The position numbers and the translations under genes are program-made. A DNA stretch of 64,000 nucleotides from Gemmatimonadota bacterium (GTDB lineage: Bacteria > Gemmatimonadota > Gemmatimonadetes > Gemmatimonadales > GWC2-71-9), in NCBI GenBank assembly GCA_003221895.1, contig QHUJ01000115.1, positions 43,001 to 107,000 on the forward strand. Reading direction: 5' to 3'. Shown here piece after piece: positions 46,884 to 57,209 of this stretch (position 1 is its first letter; every line of letters begins with the position of its first letter). The notes under the pieces are model-generated. The model was not told where the DNA came from, searched no databases, and saw nothing but the letters and a program-made list of their open reading frames with translations.

Positions 46884-48401
46884 GTGCGCTCTCGCCTGGC
46901 GGTTTTCGCGCTTGCGGTGCTCGCCGTCCCGATGACGGCGGGAAGGTTGGTCGCGCAAGCGCCGCCGCCGCTCGATAAGGCCGAGCTGATTCGCCTCCTC
47001 ACCAATCCATTGTTCGCGCCGGACGAGGTCGCCGACGTGGTGCGGCGCAGCTGCTTGACGTTCCGGCCCACGGAGCGCGATTGGGCGGATCTCCGCAGCG
47101 CCGGCGCTGGCGGCGAAGTGATCGCCACTGCGGCGGCTTGTGAGAATCGCCGCGCCGCACCGCCGCAGGTTGCCGCCTCGCGCGAGGAACCGCCACAACC
47201 GATCACGGCTGTCGCGCAGCCGGCCGAGGTCGTCACGACCGCAGGGAATGCGGCCACGGTCCGCGTTCGTTTGAGTCGCGGGCGCACGCCCCTGAAGCGC
47301 ACCACCCTGGCGCTGAGTGGAACGACGTCACTGGGTCTTTCGCGCGACGCTTCCGCCGTCACGGATGACAGCGGCGTCGCGGTGTTCCGGCTGCCGCCGG
47401 TTGGGAGGGCGGGGACGCATCAGTTCGAGATTCGCACGGGGTCCGGCGGCTCGTTACCGGGCCAGCCGGCGGTGCTGTACTCCGTCAAATCCGCTCGACC
47501 GGGTCGTTTGCGGCTGACACCCGATATCGTCGACTTCGGCCGGACCGGCGACTCGGTGGCTACCGTCGTCGCGATGGTCACCGATTCGCTCGGCAATGCG
47601 GTCACTGGTGAGCCCGTGGAGTTGAGCACTGGGAGCGGTGCCCCGGTATCGGTGGTGACCGACTCCGACGGGCGCGCCACATTTGTGCTCGGGCCCAATG
47701 CGGTGACGCGCGGCAGTGTCGCGCAGGTCCGCGTGCGTGGCCTGGCGGCCGTGGAGCTGGAGATTGCCGCAGCGGCCGGGCTGTCCGGCGTCAACACGGG
47801 TTTCCTGGCAATTACATCGAACCGCGCTGCCGTCGGCAGCGCGCTCGCCGAACCGTTGATCTTCAAAGCACGCACGGTGCAGGGGACTGCTCCGACGGGT
47901 CGCACCGTGCGCTTCCGTGCGTTAAACGCCCGCGTGAATCCCGAATCCGCCGTGCTCGACTCCACCGGACGGGTAGCAGTCGACGTGGTACTCGGGGTTC
48001 GCGCGGGTGAAGCAGCGGTCTTTGCGACGATCGACTCGGTCGAGCGGATCATGACGTTGCGCGCCGATCCCGGACCGATCGACACGCTGATCCTCGAGCA
48101 CAATGGCGAGTCCGTGAACGGCCGGGCGATTGTCGTGCCGGTCGCCAAGCCGTTCGCCCTCCGCCTGCGGGCACACGACCTGTACGGCAACGAAACGTCC
48201 ATGGACCCGCTCGGGCCGGCGCTGCGCGCGAGCCAGCAGCGGCTCAGCGGCAAGCAGCAGGATCTTCAGCTCATGAATCTCGACGCAGTCGATTCGGGGG
48301 TCGTCTTCACGCTGAAGGCCCAGCGGGTAGGCACCTACAACTTCGCCATCGGCAGCGGCATCAAGGCGATCGTCCGCATCGACGCCGTCCCGGCTCCCTG
48401 A
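46884..48401 (+). CDS. Secreted protein with repeated bacterial Ig-like (Big_1/invasin-type) domains
   Basis: Signal peptide MRSRLAVFALAVLAVPMTAGRLVAQA. Repeated about 90-aa segments with ...VTDS.GNAV.G..V... patterns. Confidence 0.6.
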   Translation: MRSRLAVFALAVLAVPMTAGRLVAQAPPPLDKAELIRLLTNPLFAPDEVADVVRRSCLTFRPTERDWADLRSAGAGGEVIATAAACENRRAAPPQVAASREEPPQPITAVAQPAEVVTTAGNAATVRVRLSRGRTPLKRTTLALSGTTSLGLSRDASAVTDDSGVAVFRLPPVGRAGTHQFEIRTGSGGSLPGQPAVLYSVKSARPGRLRLTPDIVDFGRTGDSVATVVAMVTDSLGNAVTGEPVELSTGSGAPVSVVTDSDGRATFVLGPNAVTRGSVAQVRVRGLAAVELEIAAAAGLSGVNTGFLAITSNRAAVGSALAEPLIFKARTVQGTAPTGRTVRFRALNARVNPESAVLDSTGRVAVDVVLGVRAGEAAVFATIDSVERIMTLRADPGPIDTLILEHNGESVNGRAIVVPVAKPFALRLRAHDLYGNETSMDPLGPALRASQQRLSGKQQDLQLMNLDAVDSGVVFTLKAQRVGTYNFAIGSGIKAIVRIDAVPAP

Positions 48402-48411
48402 CAACAACCGA

Positions 48412-51400
48412 CTAATCGGCTGCCGCAGGTTCCTCCACCTGGCGCCGCGCACGCCGGCCCAGCCGGTATTGGAGTGCGTCGAGGTAGGTGTAGACGACCG
48501 GCGTGATGTAAAGTGTGATCAGCTGAGAAAACGCCAGGCCTCCCACGACCGCGAGACCCAGCGGTCGCCGGGACTCGCCACCCGCGCCCCAGCCGATCGC
48601 GATCGGCAGCGTTCCCGTCAGGGCCGCCATCGTCGTCATCATGATGGGCCGGAACCGCACGCTGCACGCCTCGAGAATCGCGTCGCGCGGGGACTTGCCG
48701 TCGCGCCGTTCGGCATCGAGCGCGAAGTCGATCATCATGATCGCGTTTTTCTTCACGAGGCCCACCAGCATGATGATTCCCACGAACGCGTAGATGCTCA
48801 GCTCGGTACGAAAGATGAGCAGCGTGAGCAGCGCGCCGAATCCCGCGAACGGCAGGCCCGACAAAATCGTGAGCGGGTGAATGAAGCTTTCGTAGAGAAT
48901 GCCCAGCACGATGTAGATCACGACAATCGCGAGCAGCAGCAGGAAGATCAGCCCCTGCTGGCTCGACTGGAACGCCTGCGCCGTGCCCGAGAATCCGGTG
49001 CTGATGGTCGAGGGCAGCGTTTGCCGCGCCGCCTTCTGGACGTCACTCACCGCCGCGCCGAGCGACACGCCCGGCGGCAGGTTGAACGACAAGGTCACGG
49101 ACGGGAGCTGCCCGCTGTGGTTCACGCTCAAGGGGCCGACGTCATTGGAGGCCGACGCGACTGACGTGAGCGGCACGAGGTTCCCCTTCTGCGAACGGAG
49201 GTACAGCAGCTGCAGCGCCGAAGGGTCGCGCTGGTATTCGGGAAGCAGCTCGAGAATCACCCAGTACTGATTGTTGGGCGTGTAGATGGTCGAGACCTGG
49301 CGCGAGCCGTAGGCGTCGTACAGGGCCTGCTCGATTTGCTGCACGGTGATCCCGAGACTCGTGGCCCGGTCGCGATCGATTCGCACGCTCACCTGGGGAT
49401 TCTTGATCTGCAGGTCGGTCGTCACGTCCTGCAGCGTAGGTATTCCGCGCAGCACGCGCTCCAGTTTGGCCGCGTTATCGTACAGCGCGTCGATGTCGGC
49501 GCTCTGCAACGTGAACTGGTAGAGGGTCTTGGTCGGCCGGCCGCCGATGCGGATCGACGGCGGCAGCGAGAGATAGGTCCGAATCCCCGGCACGCTGTTG
49601 AGTTTCGGCGCGAGCTCCCGCGCGATCTCGGCCGCCGGCAGGCGATCGCCGACCGGCTTCAAGCGGATGCTGAGCCGGCCCTGATTCATCGTGCCGCCGC
49701 CGACCGAGGACATGAAGTGCGCCACGTTGGGGTCGCGGCCCAGGATGTCGGCGACGGCGAGCTGATGGTCCCGCATCGCGTCGAAGGAGCTGCCCTCCAG
49801 GGTTTCGGTGGTGCCCTGGATCTGCCCTGTGTCTTCGGTGGGGATGAAGCCCTTCGGGACCAGCTTGTAGAGGACGACGGTGCCCGCGAGGATTCCGAGC
49901 GACACCAGCATCGCCGGCCCACGGCGGTCCATCACCCAACGCAGCGAACGTTCGTACCACGCGAGGCCGCGCTGATATACACGCTCGGTCGCTTCGTACC
50001 AGCGACCGTGCCGCTCCTCCTTTGGGGGACGCAGGAACCGGCTGCACAGCATCGGCGTGAGGGTGAGGGAAACGAATCCTGACACGAGAATCGCGACGCC
50101 GATCGTCACCGCAAACTCGTGGAACAGCCGGCCGATGATCCCGCCCATCAGCAGCACCGGAATGAACACGGCCGTCAGCGACAAGGTCATGGAGAGAATC
50201 GTGAAGCCGATTTCGCGTGCTCCGTCGAGCGCCGCCTCCATGGGCCGCTTTCCCATCTCGAGGTGGCGGACGATGTTCTCGAGCATCACGATGGCGTCGT
50301 CTACCACAAATCCCACCGACAGCGTGAGCGCCATCAGGGAGAGATTGTCGAGACTGTATCCCATCAAGTACATGACGGAGAACGTGCCGATGATCGAGAA
50401 GGGCAGGGCGAGGCTCGGAATGATCGTGGCGGATAGATTCTTGAGGAACAGGAAAATCACGAGCACGACGAGGCAGAGCGTGATGAACAGCGTGACCTGC
50501 ACGTCGTTGACCGACTGGCGAATCGAGACTGAGCGGTCGTACAGGGTGTTCACTTCGACCGACGCCGGGAGTTGACTGGAGAGGGTCGCGACGGTTGCCT
50601 TGACCGCGTCCGCGACCTCCACGGTGTTGGTGCCGGGTTGGCGCTGAATCGCGAGCACGATGGCGCGCTTGCCGTCGTACCAGCTCGCGTTGCGTGAGTC
50701 CTGAACGTCATCCAGCACGCGGGCCACATCGCCGAGCCGGACCGGCGCGCCGTTTTCATACGTCACCGCCAATTGCCGGAACTCGGGCGCGCTAGAGATC
50801 GAGCCATCGGCGAGCACTGTGTAGGCTCGTTGCGGCCCCCAGAGCGTCCCGGTGGGAAGATTGGGATTGCCCGCAGAGACGGCTGCCGTCACCTCATCGA
50901 GCCCGATGCCGCGCGAGGCGAGTGCCTTGGGATCGACCTGGATGCGTACCGCGTACTTGGCCGACCCAAAGACCTGCACCTGCGCCACGCCGCTCACCGT
51001 CGACAGCCGCTGCGCGAGGAATGTCTCGGCGTATTCATCGAGCGCCTGCAGCGGCATGGTGGCCGATGTGAGAGTGAGATAGAGAATGGGAGAATCGGCC
51101 GGGTTCGACTTGTTGTACGACGGCGGCTGAATCCCCGGCGGCAGCTGCCGCAACGTCTTCGAAATCGCCGCCTGGACGTCCTGGGCGGCACCGTCAATGT
51201 CGCGCGAGAGCGTGAACTGCAGCGTGATGTTGGTGCCGCCCAGTGTGCTCGACGAGGTCATCGCGTCGATGCCGGCGATCGTCGAGAACTGTTTCTCGAG
51301 TGGGGTCGCGACGGCGGCGGCCATGGTTTGTGGGCTCGCGCCGGGGAGTCCGGCGGACACCGTGATCGTCGGGAAATCGACGTTCGGGAGGTCGCTGACC

Positions 51401-51498
51401 GGCAGCAGCCGGTAGGCCATCAACCCGAACATCAGAATCCCCAGCATCACGAGCGTCGTCGCGACTGGACGGCGGATGAAGAGCCCCGAGATGTTCAC
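48412..51498 (-). CDS. RND efflux transporter, inner-membrane permease (AcrB/HAE1-like)
   Basis: 1028 aa. MNISGLFIRRPVATTLVMLGILMFG start, 12-TM RND architecture, conserved VGFVVDDAIVMLENI. Confidence 0.95.
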   Translation of the reverse strand: MNISGLFIRRPVATTLVMLGILMFGLMAYRLLPVSDLPNVDFPTITVSAGLPGASPQTMAAAVATPLEKQFSTIAGIDAMTSSSTLGGTNITLQFTLSRDIDGAAQDVQAAISKTLRQLPPGIQPPSYNKSNPADSPILYLTLTSATMPLQALDEYAETFLAQRLSTVSGVAQVQVFGSAKYAVRIQVDPKALASRGIGLDEVTAAVSAGNPNLPTGTLWGPQRAYTVLADGSISSAPEFRQLAVTYENGAPVRLGDVARVLDDVQDSRNASWYDGKRAIVLAIQRQPGTNTVEVADAVKATVATLSSQLPASVEVNTLYDRSVSIRQSVNDVQVTLFITLCLVVLVIFLFLKNLSATIIPSLALPFSIIGTFSVMYLMGYSLDNLSLMALTLSVGFVVDDAIVMLENIVRHLEMGKRPMEAALDGAREIGFTILSMTLSLTAVFIPVLLMGGIIGRLFHEFAVTIGVAILVSGFVSLTLTPMLCSRFLRPPKEERHGRWYEATERVYQRGLAWYERSLRWVMDRRGPAMLVSLGILAGTVVLYKLVPKGFIPTEDTGQIQGTTETLEGSSFDAMRDHQLAVADILGRDPNVAHFMSSVGGGTMNQGRLSIRLKPVGDRLPAAEIARELAPKLNSVPGIRTYLSLPPSIRIGGRPTKTLYQFTLQSADIDALYDNAAKLERVLRGIPTLQDVTTDLQIKNPQVSVRIDRDRATSLGITVQQIEQALYDAYGSRQVSTIYTPNNQYWVILELLPEYQRDPSALQLLYLRSQKGNLVPLTSVASASNDVGPLSVNHSGQLPSVTLSFNLPPGVSLGAAVSDVQKAARQTLPSTISTGFSGTAQAFQSSQQGLIFLLLLAIVVIYIVLGILYESFIHPLTILSGLPFAGFGALLTLLIFRTELSIYAFVGIIMLVGLVKKNAIMMIDFALDAERRDGKSPRDAILEACSVRFRPIMMTTMAALTGTLPIAIGWGAGGESRRPLGLAVVGGLAFSQLITLYITPVVYTYLDALQYRLGRRARRQVEEPAAAD

Positions 51499-52634
51499 CG
51501 TACTCCATCAGCGCCGCCGCCACCGGCGCTCTCGGTTGTCGGTCCGCCGCGAATGTCCACCTTGGCATTCGGGGTCAGCCGCAGCTGGCCGTCGGTGACG
51601 ACGAGGGCGCCGGCCGGGACGCCGGCGAGTACGGTCAGGCTATCGAGCGTGCGCTCCACGGTTACCGGCTGGGTGGTGGCGGTCCCATCACTGTTCACCA
51701 CGAACACATAGGTACCCTGCTGTCCCTGCATCACCGCCTGACTCGGCACCACGACCGCGTCGTGCTGCATGCCGAGCACGAGCGTAATTCTCACGAACTC
51801 GCCGGGCCAGAGCGACCCGTCGCGATTCGGGAAGCGAGCCTTGAGCAATACCGTGCCGGTGGCGCTGTCTACCTGATTGTCGACGAACGAGAGCACACCT
51901 TCGACCGACGACGCTGAGTCGCGTGCTGGGATCGCGATGGCGGTGAACTGTTGATCGGGACGCTGGCGCACTGCCGGGAGGTTTATCGCGGGCACAGAGA
52001 AACGCACCAGGATCGGACGCATCTGGACGATCGAGACCAGCGGATCGTTGCCCGCGCGCACCACGTTGCCTTCATGCAGCAGGAGTCGCCCGGTGCGGCC
52101 GGGGATGGGTGCGCGCACGGTTGCGTACTCGAGATTGAGCCGAGCCAGCGCCGCGGACGCGGAGTCGGAGCGAACCGCTGCGGCCGCCGCGTCGGCTGCG
52201 GACTGCTTCGCTTCGTAGTCCTCCTGCGTCACCGTATTGGTTGACGCCAGAAGCTTGTAGCGCGCGGCCTCCCTCGCCGCGCTCGCGGCTTGCGCCATGT
52301 CGCGACCCAGCGCGCCTTCCGCTTGCAGCAACGCCGCCTGATAGGGGCGCGGGTCGATCTCAAACAGGATTTGACCCGCCGAGACTTCATCACCTTCGGC
52401 GAAATGAACTCGGAGGATCGTGCCGTTTACCTGCGGGAGCACAATGACGGACCGGATCGGTTCGACCGTTCCGTTCGACTCGAGCTCATAAGGAAGGGAA
52501 CGCTGCTCGACGCGGGCGACACTGACGGGGACTTTGGGCACCGCCGCTCCCTGGCGTTGGCCGCACCCGGTCAACGCCGCGAGAACGGCGGTTGCGACAA
52601 GCGTGGTTCGGAATGGCACGACTTCTATACGCAT
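51495..52634 (-). CDS. RND efflux periplasmic adaptor (AcrA/MFP family)
   Basis: Lipobox LTGC, lipoyl/hairpin/beta-barrel pattern. 4-nt overlap with the RND permease gene. Confidence 0.9.
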   Translation of the reverse strand: MRIEVVPFRTTLVATAVLAALTGCGQRQGAAVPKVPVSVARVEQRSLPYELESNGTVEPIRSVIVLPQVNGTILRVHFAEGDEVSAGQILFEIDPRPYQAALLQAEGALGRDMAQAASAAREAARYKLLASTNTVTQEDYEAKQSAADAAAAAVRSDSASAALARLNLEYATVRAPIPGRTGRLLLHEGNVVRAGNDPLVSIVQMRPILVRFSVPAINLPAVRQRPDQQFTAIAIPARDSASSVEGVLSFVDNQVDSATGTVLLKARFPNRDGSLWPGEFVRITLVLGMQHDAVVVPSQAVMQGQQGTYVFVVNSDGTATTQPVTVERTLDSLTVLAGVPAGALVVTDGQLRLTPNAKVDIRGGPTTESAGGGGADGVR

Positions 52635-52713
52635 ACCCTACCCATGGCGTCATTTAGACCCGCAGGGCGGCTTTTTGGGTACCCCCCGGGCCCCGCTAAA
52701 CGTAGCCTGTGGC

Positions 52714-54249
52714 ATGCTTGCCCGCGTCCGATCTGCCGCCGTCCTCGGAATCGATGCGTATCTGGTCGAAGTCGAAACGGACATCGCGAACGGACTTCCT
52801 ACGTTCGTGACCGTCGGTCTGCCGCAGGGTGCGGTCAAGGAAGGGCGGGACCGCGTCTCCGCTGCCCTGGCCAACACGGGCTACACGTTCCCGCTCAGGC
52901 GAATCACGGTCAATCTCGCGCCAGCTGATGTCAGAAAGGAAGGTTCAGCCTTCGACTTGCCCATCGCGCTGGGGATCCTGGCGGCGACTGAGCAGGTGGC
53001 GGCAGAGCGCCTGGAACGGATCGCGGTCCTCGGTGAGCTGGGGCTCGAAGGCGCCGTCCGGCCGGTGCGTGGAGCCCTGCCGGTGGCCCTCGCCGCCCGC
53101 GCCGCCGGCATCGAAGCTTTGATCCTGCCGCGAGAAAACCTTGGGGAAGCCGGTGTGGTCGAGGGTTTGCGGGTGCTTGGTGCCGGTTGTCTGGCCGAGA
53201 TCGCGGACTTTCTGGACGGCAAAGGCGAGCTCGCCGCGGCCGCGATAGATGTCGCGCAGCTCTTCGCCGAGCGCGCCAAGGACGATGTGGATTTCGGCGA
53301 GGTGAAGGGCCAGCCGCATGCCAAGCGTGCCCTCGAAGTCGCGGCAGCCGGCGGGCATAACATACTGATGGTCGGACCGCCGGGATCGGGTAAGACGATG
53401 CTCGCCCGCCGGCTGCCGACGATCCTGCCGAAGATGAGCCTCGATGAGGCGCTCGACACGACGAAGATTCATTCCGTTGCCGGCACGCTGCCGCTGGGCG
53501 AGTCGCTGGTGGCGCGACGGCCGTTTCGCGCGCCCCATCACACCATTTCGGATGCCGGGCTGATCGGCGGTGGGTCGTATCCGCGCCCTGGCGAGGTCAG
53601 CCTGGCGCATGGCGGCGTGCTGTTTCTGGACGAGCTGCCCGAATTCCGCAAGAACGTGCTCGAGGTGCTGCGCCAGCCGATGGAGGATGGTGTCGTGACG
53701 ATCGCGCGGGCGGCGATGAGCCTCTCGTATCCGGCGCGGTTCATGCTGGCCGCGGCGATGAATCCGTGTCCCTGCGGCTGGTTCGGCGATCCGCACCACA
53801 CCTGCGCGTGCGGACTACTCGTGGTGCAGCGCTATCTCGCGCGCGTCTCCGGTCCGCTGCTCGATCGCATCGACATTCATCTGGATGTGCCGGCGGTGAA
53901 GTACAAAGCGCTGACAGGGGAGAGCGGCAGCGAGCCGAGTGAGGCGATGCGGGAGCGCGTCGATCGCGCACGCACGGTGCAACGCGAGCGCTTCGCGGGC
54001 CGTCCGGGGATCTATGCCAACGCGCACATGGCGCCGCGCGACATCCGCGCGCATTGCCAGGTCTCCGATGGCGCGGATGCGCTGCTCAAGACGGCGATTA
54101 CGCGGCTGGGGCTATCGGCGCGGGCGTACCATCGGATTCTCAAGATCGCACGAACCATCGCCGATCTCGACGAAGCCCCCGCGCTCGAGCCGAAGCACGT
54201 GAGCGAAGCCATTCAGTATCGCAGTTTGGACCGACGTGGAGTCGCTTAG
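52714..54249 (+). CDS. comM: YifB/ComM-family Mg-chelatase-like ATPase
   Basis: MLARVRSAAVLGIDAYLVEVE start; Walker A GPPGSGKTM; Walker B VLFLDELPEF; zinc-ribbon-like NPCPCGWFGDPHHTCAC; C-terminal ...SEAIQYRSLDR. Confidence 0.9.
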   Translation: MLARVRSAAVLGIDAYLVEVETDIANGLPTFVTVGLPQGAVKEGRDRVSAALANTGYTFPLRRITVNLAPADVRKEGSAFDLPIALGILAATEQVAAERLERIAVLGELGLEGAVRPVRGALPVALAARAAGIEALILPRENLGEAGVVEGLRVLGAGCLAEIADFLDGKGELAAAAIDVAQLFAERAKDDVDFGEVKGQPHAKRALEVAAAGGHNILMVGPPGSGKTMLARRLPTILPKMSLDEALDTTKIHSVAGTLPLGESLVARRPFRAPHHTISDAGLIGGGSYPRPGEVSLAHGGVLFLDELPEFRKNVLEVLRQPMEDGVVTIARAAMSLSYPARFMLAAAMNPCPCGWFGDPHHTCACGLLVVQRYLARVSGPLLDRIDIHLDVPAVKYKALTGESGSEPSEAMRERVDRARTVQRERFAGRPGIYANAHMAPRDIRAHCQVSDGADALLKTAITRLGLSARAYHRILKIARTIADLDEAPALEPKHVSEAIQYRSLDRRGVA

Positions 54250-56252
54250 ACGGCGCTGGGCTCGCCCGTCAGCTCCTGAACCGCCTTTGCAATCTGCTGC
54301 GGCTGTCCCACCACTACGAGCACATCGCCCGCCTCCAGGTTGAAATCGGCGTCCGGGGTGGCCAAGTCGCTGTCGCCGCGCCGCACCGCGAGAATCAGCG
54401 CGCCCGTCTTGGACCGCAGCTGCGTTTCGGCGATGGTTTGACCCACGGCAGGTGAATTGGCGTCGAGCATAATGCGCTCGACCTGCATCTGCGGGATCGC
54501 GCCGAAGGTTCCGGTCAGCGTGAACCGCGGCTGCTCGCCAGGCGGCGGACGCAAGGCTTGGTAGTGCGACGCCCGGATTGCGTTCACCAGCCGGCTGATT
54601 TCGTCGCGCGCCACGTTGTACTGGGCCAGCACGCGCGCGAAGATCTCGATCGACGTCTCGAATTCCTCGGGGATGACGACGTCGGCGCCGAGTCGAGTGA
54701 GCTCGGGGATCTCGACCACGTAGCGGGTACGCGCGATGATGTAGAGCTTGGGATTCACGTCGCGCGCCACGCGCACCATGCGGCGGGTCGCCGCGGGATC
54801 GGAGATCGCGATCACCAGCATGCGCGCCCGCTCGATCCCGAGCGCCCGCAGAATCTCCTCCCTCGTGGCATCTCCGTAAAATGCCGGTTCTCCCGCGGCC
54901 CGTGCCCTGCGAACAGTTTGCGCGTTCAACTCGACGATCAAGTAGGGTGCCTTGATGGAGTGGAGCGCGGCGGCCAGGTTGCGGCCGTTGAGGCCATAGC
55001 CGGCGATCACGACGTGATCAGTCACCGGATGCTCCACCGGCGCGAAACCGCGCGGCCGGAATCCTGGCAACAGACGATCGAGCGGCACCACTTTCTCGAG
55101 CGCATCGAGTATTGCCGGACCGCCGTGCAGCAGAAACGGGGTCACGAGCATCGTGATCACGGCAACGCCCAGGAACTGCTGATACAGCAGGTCTGGGAGC
55201 AGGCCGACGTTTCGGCCCTCCTTCGCCAATACGAACGAGAATTCGCCAATCTGTGAGACCGCGACGCCGGCGAGCAGAGCGACGCGACCGGAATACCCCA
55301 TCAAGGCCGGGCCGACCGCCGCCGACAGCGTCTTGCCCGCCATGATCACGAGGACGGCGATCAGCGTAACGCCGATGTATGACCGGATCGTTTCGAGCTG
55401 CACCAGCATCCCGACGGCGACAAAAAACAGCGAAATGAAGACGTCGCGGAACGGCATGAGTTCGGCGAGCGCTTGCTGGCCGTAATCGGATTCGGAGATG
55501 ATCAAGCCGGCGAGGAAGGCGCCGAGTGCGAGGGACGCTCCGGCCGCCGCGGTGCCCAGCGCCGTCAGCGTCCCGATGAGGATGACCGCGATCAGAAACA
55601 GCTCGCGGCTGCGTGTCTTGAGGATCTCCTTGAGGGCCCGCGGCACGATGGTTCGGGCGGCGAGCACCACGCCGGCCACGACGAGCGCGGCCTTCCCGAG
55701 GGCGACGAGCAGCCCGACGATGCCGCCTTCCGCCTTCCCGGCGAGAAACGGCAGCACCAGCATGATCGGCACGACACAGAGGTCCTGGAAGATGAGCACC
55801 GCCGTGGCCAACCGGCCGTGCGGCGCGTCGATCTCGCCCGAGTCCGTCAGCACCTTCAACACGATCGCGGTGCTCGAGAGGGCAATGAGGAAGCCGAGAA
55901 AGAGGGCGATGCGCCAGTTGCCCAAAAAGGCGAGCCCGGCGCCCAGCGTCGCGAGCACGGTGAAGCCCATCTGCGACACCCCGCTCGCGAGAATCTGCCC
56001 GCCCATTTCCTTGAGGCGGCTGAGCGAGAACTCGATGCCGATCGTGAACAGCAGCAGGATCACGCCGACTTCGGCGAGACCTTCGACGTCGTGCGGGTCG
56101 GAGACGAGGCCGAGCGCGTTGGGTCCGAGCAGGATACCGGCGACGATGAAGCCGGGCAACGCAGGAAGCTTGAAGCGGTAGAAAACCAGGACCACCAGCA
56201 GCGAACCGGCGAAGATGACGGCGAGGTCACGCAGGATGTGCAGCTGTTCCAT
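54246..56252 (-). CDS. Monovalent cation:proton antiporter-2 (Kef-type) with TrkA-N and TrkA-C (RCK) domains
   Basis: Na+/H+ exchanger-type 12-13 TM region, Rossmann VVIAGYGLNGRN, C-terminal RCK_C segment. Confidence 0.9.
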   Translation of the reverse strand: MEQLHILRDLAVIFAGSLLVVLVFYRFKLPALPGFIVAGILLGPNALGLVSDPHDVEGLAEVGVILLLFTIGIEFSLSRLKEMGGQILASGVSQMGFTVLATLGAGLAFLGNWRIALFLGFLIALSSTAIVLKVLTDSGEIDAPHGRLATAVLIFQDLCVVPIMLVLPFLAGKAEGGIVGLLVALGKAALVVAGVVLAARTIVPRALKEILKTRSRELFLIAVILIGTLTALGTAAAGASLALGAFLAGLIISESDYGQQALAELMPFRDVFISLFFVAVGMLVQLETIRSYIGVTLIAVLVIMAGKTLSAAVGPALMGYSGRVALLAGVAVSQIGEFSFVLAKEGRNVGLLPDLLYQQFLGVAVITMLVTPFLLHGGPAILDALEKVVPLDRLLPGFRPRGFAPVEHPVTDHVVIAGYGLNGRNLAAALHSIKAPYLIVELNAQTVRRARAAGEPAFYGDATREEILRALGIERARMLVIAISDPAATRRMVRVARDVNPKLYIIARTRYVVEIPELTRLGADVVIPEEFETSIEIFARVLAQYNVARDEISRLVNAIRASHYQALRPPPGEQPRFTLTGTFGAIPQMQVERIMLDANSPAVGQTIAETQLRSKTGALILAVRRGDSDLATPDADFNLEAGDVLVVVGQPQQIAKAVQELTGEPSAV

Positions 56253-56291
56253 GGTGGCCTAAAGCTAGAAGGCCTCGTAGCTTTGGCCACC
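56253..56291. promoter_or_regulatory. 39-bp near-perfect palindrome filling the whole spacer between the divergent Kef-type and MscS start codons
   Basis: GGTGGCCTAAAGCTA gaaggcctcg TAGCTTTGGCCACC: 14 complementary positions with a single T bulge; the central AGGCCT is also palindromic. Confidence 0.6.
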
Positions 56292-57209
56292 GTGCGCGAG
56301 TGGCTAACCGATCGTATCGGCCTGAGTCCCGCGGTGCAGACGCACCTGCTGGTCACGATCATCGTCCTCGCGGGGCTCTGGGTTCTCGAGCGGCTGGTGC
56401 TCGCGGTCGTGTACCGGCGGGTGACGGACCCCTGGACGCGCTACCACTGGCGCAAGAGCGTCACCTATCTCTTCCTCGCGATCGGCGTGCTGGTCATTGG
56501 TCGCGAATGGCTCGAGGGATTCAAGTCGCTTGCCACGTTCCTCGGACTCGTCTCGGCAGGCATTGCGATCGCGCTCAAAGACCCCCTCGCGAACCTCGCC
56601 GGGTGGGCGTTCATCGTCTGGAGCCGGCCGTTCGAGGTCGGCGATCGCATCGAGATCGCCAAGCACAAGGGGGACGTCATCGACGTCCACCTGTTCAAGT
56701 TCACGCTGAACGAGATCGGCGGGTGGGTAGACGCGGAGCAGAGCACGGGACGCATCGTGCACGTCCCGAATCAGCAGGTCTTCACCGAGGCCCTCGCGAA
56801 TTACGACAAGGGCTTCAAGTACATCTGGAATGAAGTGCCGGTGGTCGTGACCTACGAGAGCAACTGGAAGAAAGCGAAGGAGATTCTCACGGGGATCGCG
56901 TTCAAGCACGCCGAACATCTCACCGCCGAGGCGGAGCGCGATCTGCTCGCCGCCTCACAGCAATACCTCATCAACTACAAGAAACTCACGCCGATCGTGT
57001 ACACCAACACGACGTCGTACGGCATTCTCCTCACGATTCGCTATCTGATCGAGCCGCGCCGTCGCCGGGGTACCGTCTCGGCCATCTGGGACGACATCCT
57101 CACTGAATTCGGCAACTCGAAGGACATCGAGCTCGCCTACCACACCGTTCGATCGTACAGCAATCCGATCGAGGGGAAGATCGTCGGTACGCCGGAGCAG
57201 CCCGCCTAA
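56292..57209 (+). CDS. Mechanosensitive ion channel (MscS family)
   Basis: GLVSAGIAIALKDPLANLAGWAFIVWSRPFEVGDRIEI pore-helix/beta-domain signature. GTG 56292 chosen; the 5' part of the track ORF from 55473 is antisense to the Kef gene and is rejected. Confidence 0.8.
   Translation: MREWLTDRIGLSPAVQTHLLVTIIVLAGLWVLERLVLAVVYRRVTDPWTRYHWRKSVTYLFLAIGVLVIGREWLEGFKSLATFLGLVSAGIAIALKDPLANLAGWAFIVWSRPFEVGDRIEIAKHKGDVIDVHLFKFTLNEIGGWVDAEQSTGRIVHVPNQQVFTEALANYDKGFKYIWNEVPVVVTYESNWKKAKEILTGIAFKHAEHLTAEAERDLLAASQQYLINYKKLTPIVYTNTTSYGILLTIRYLIEPRRRRGTVSAIWDDILTEFGNSKDIELAYHTVRSYSNPIEGKIVGTPEQPA

Noticed and set aside
55473-56291. 5' extension of the MscS ORF (578 aa in the track)
   Set aside because: The first about 270 codons are antisense to the Kef-type antiporter gene and are Arg/Asp/Glu/His-rich. 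The MscS-like sequence only begins after GTG 56292.
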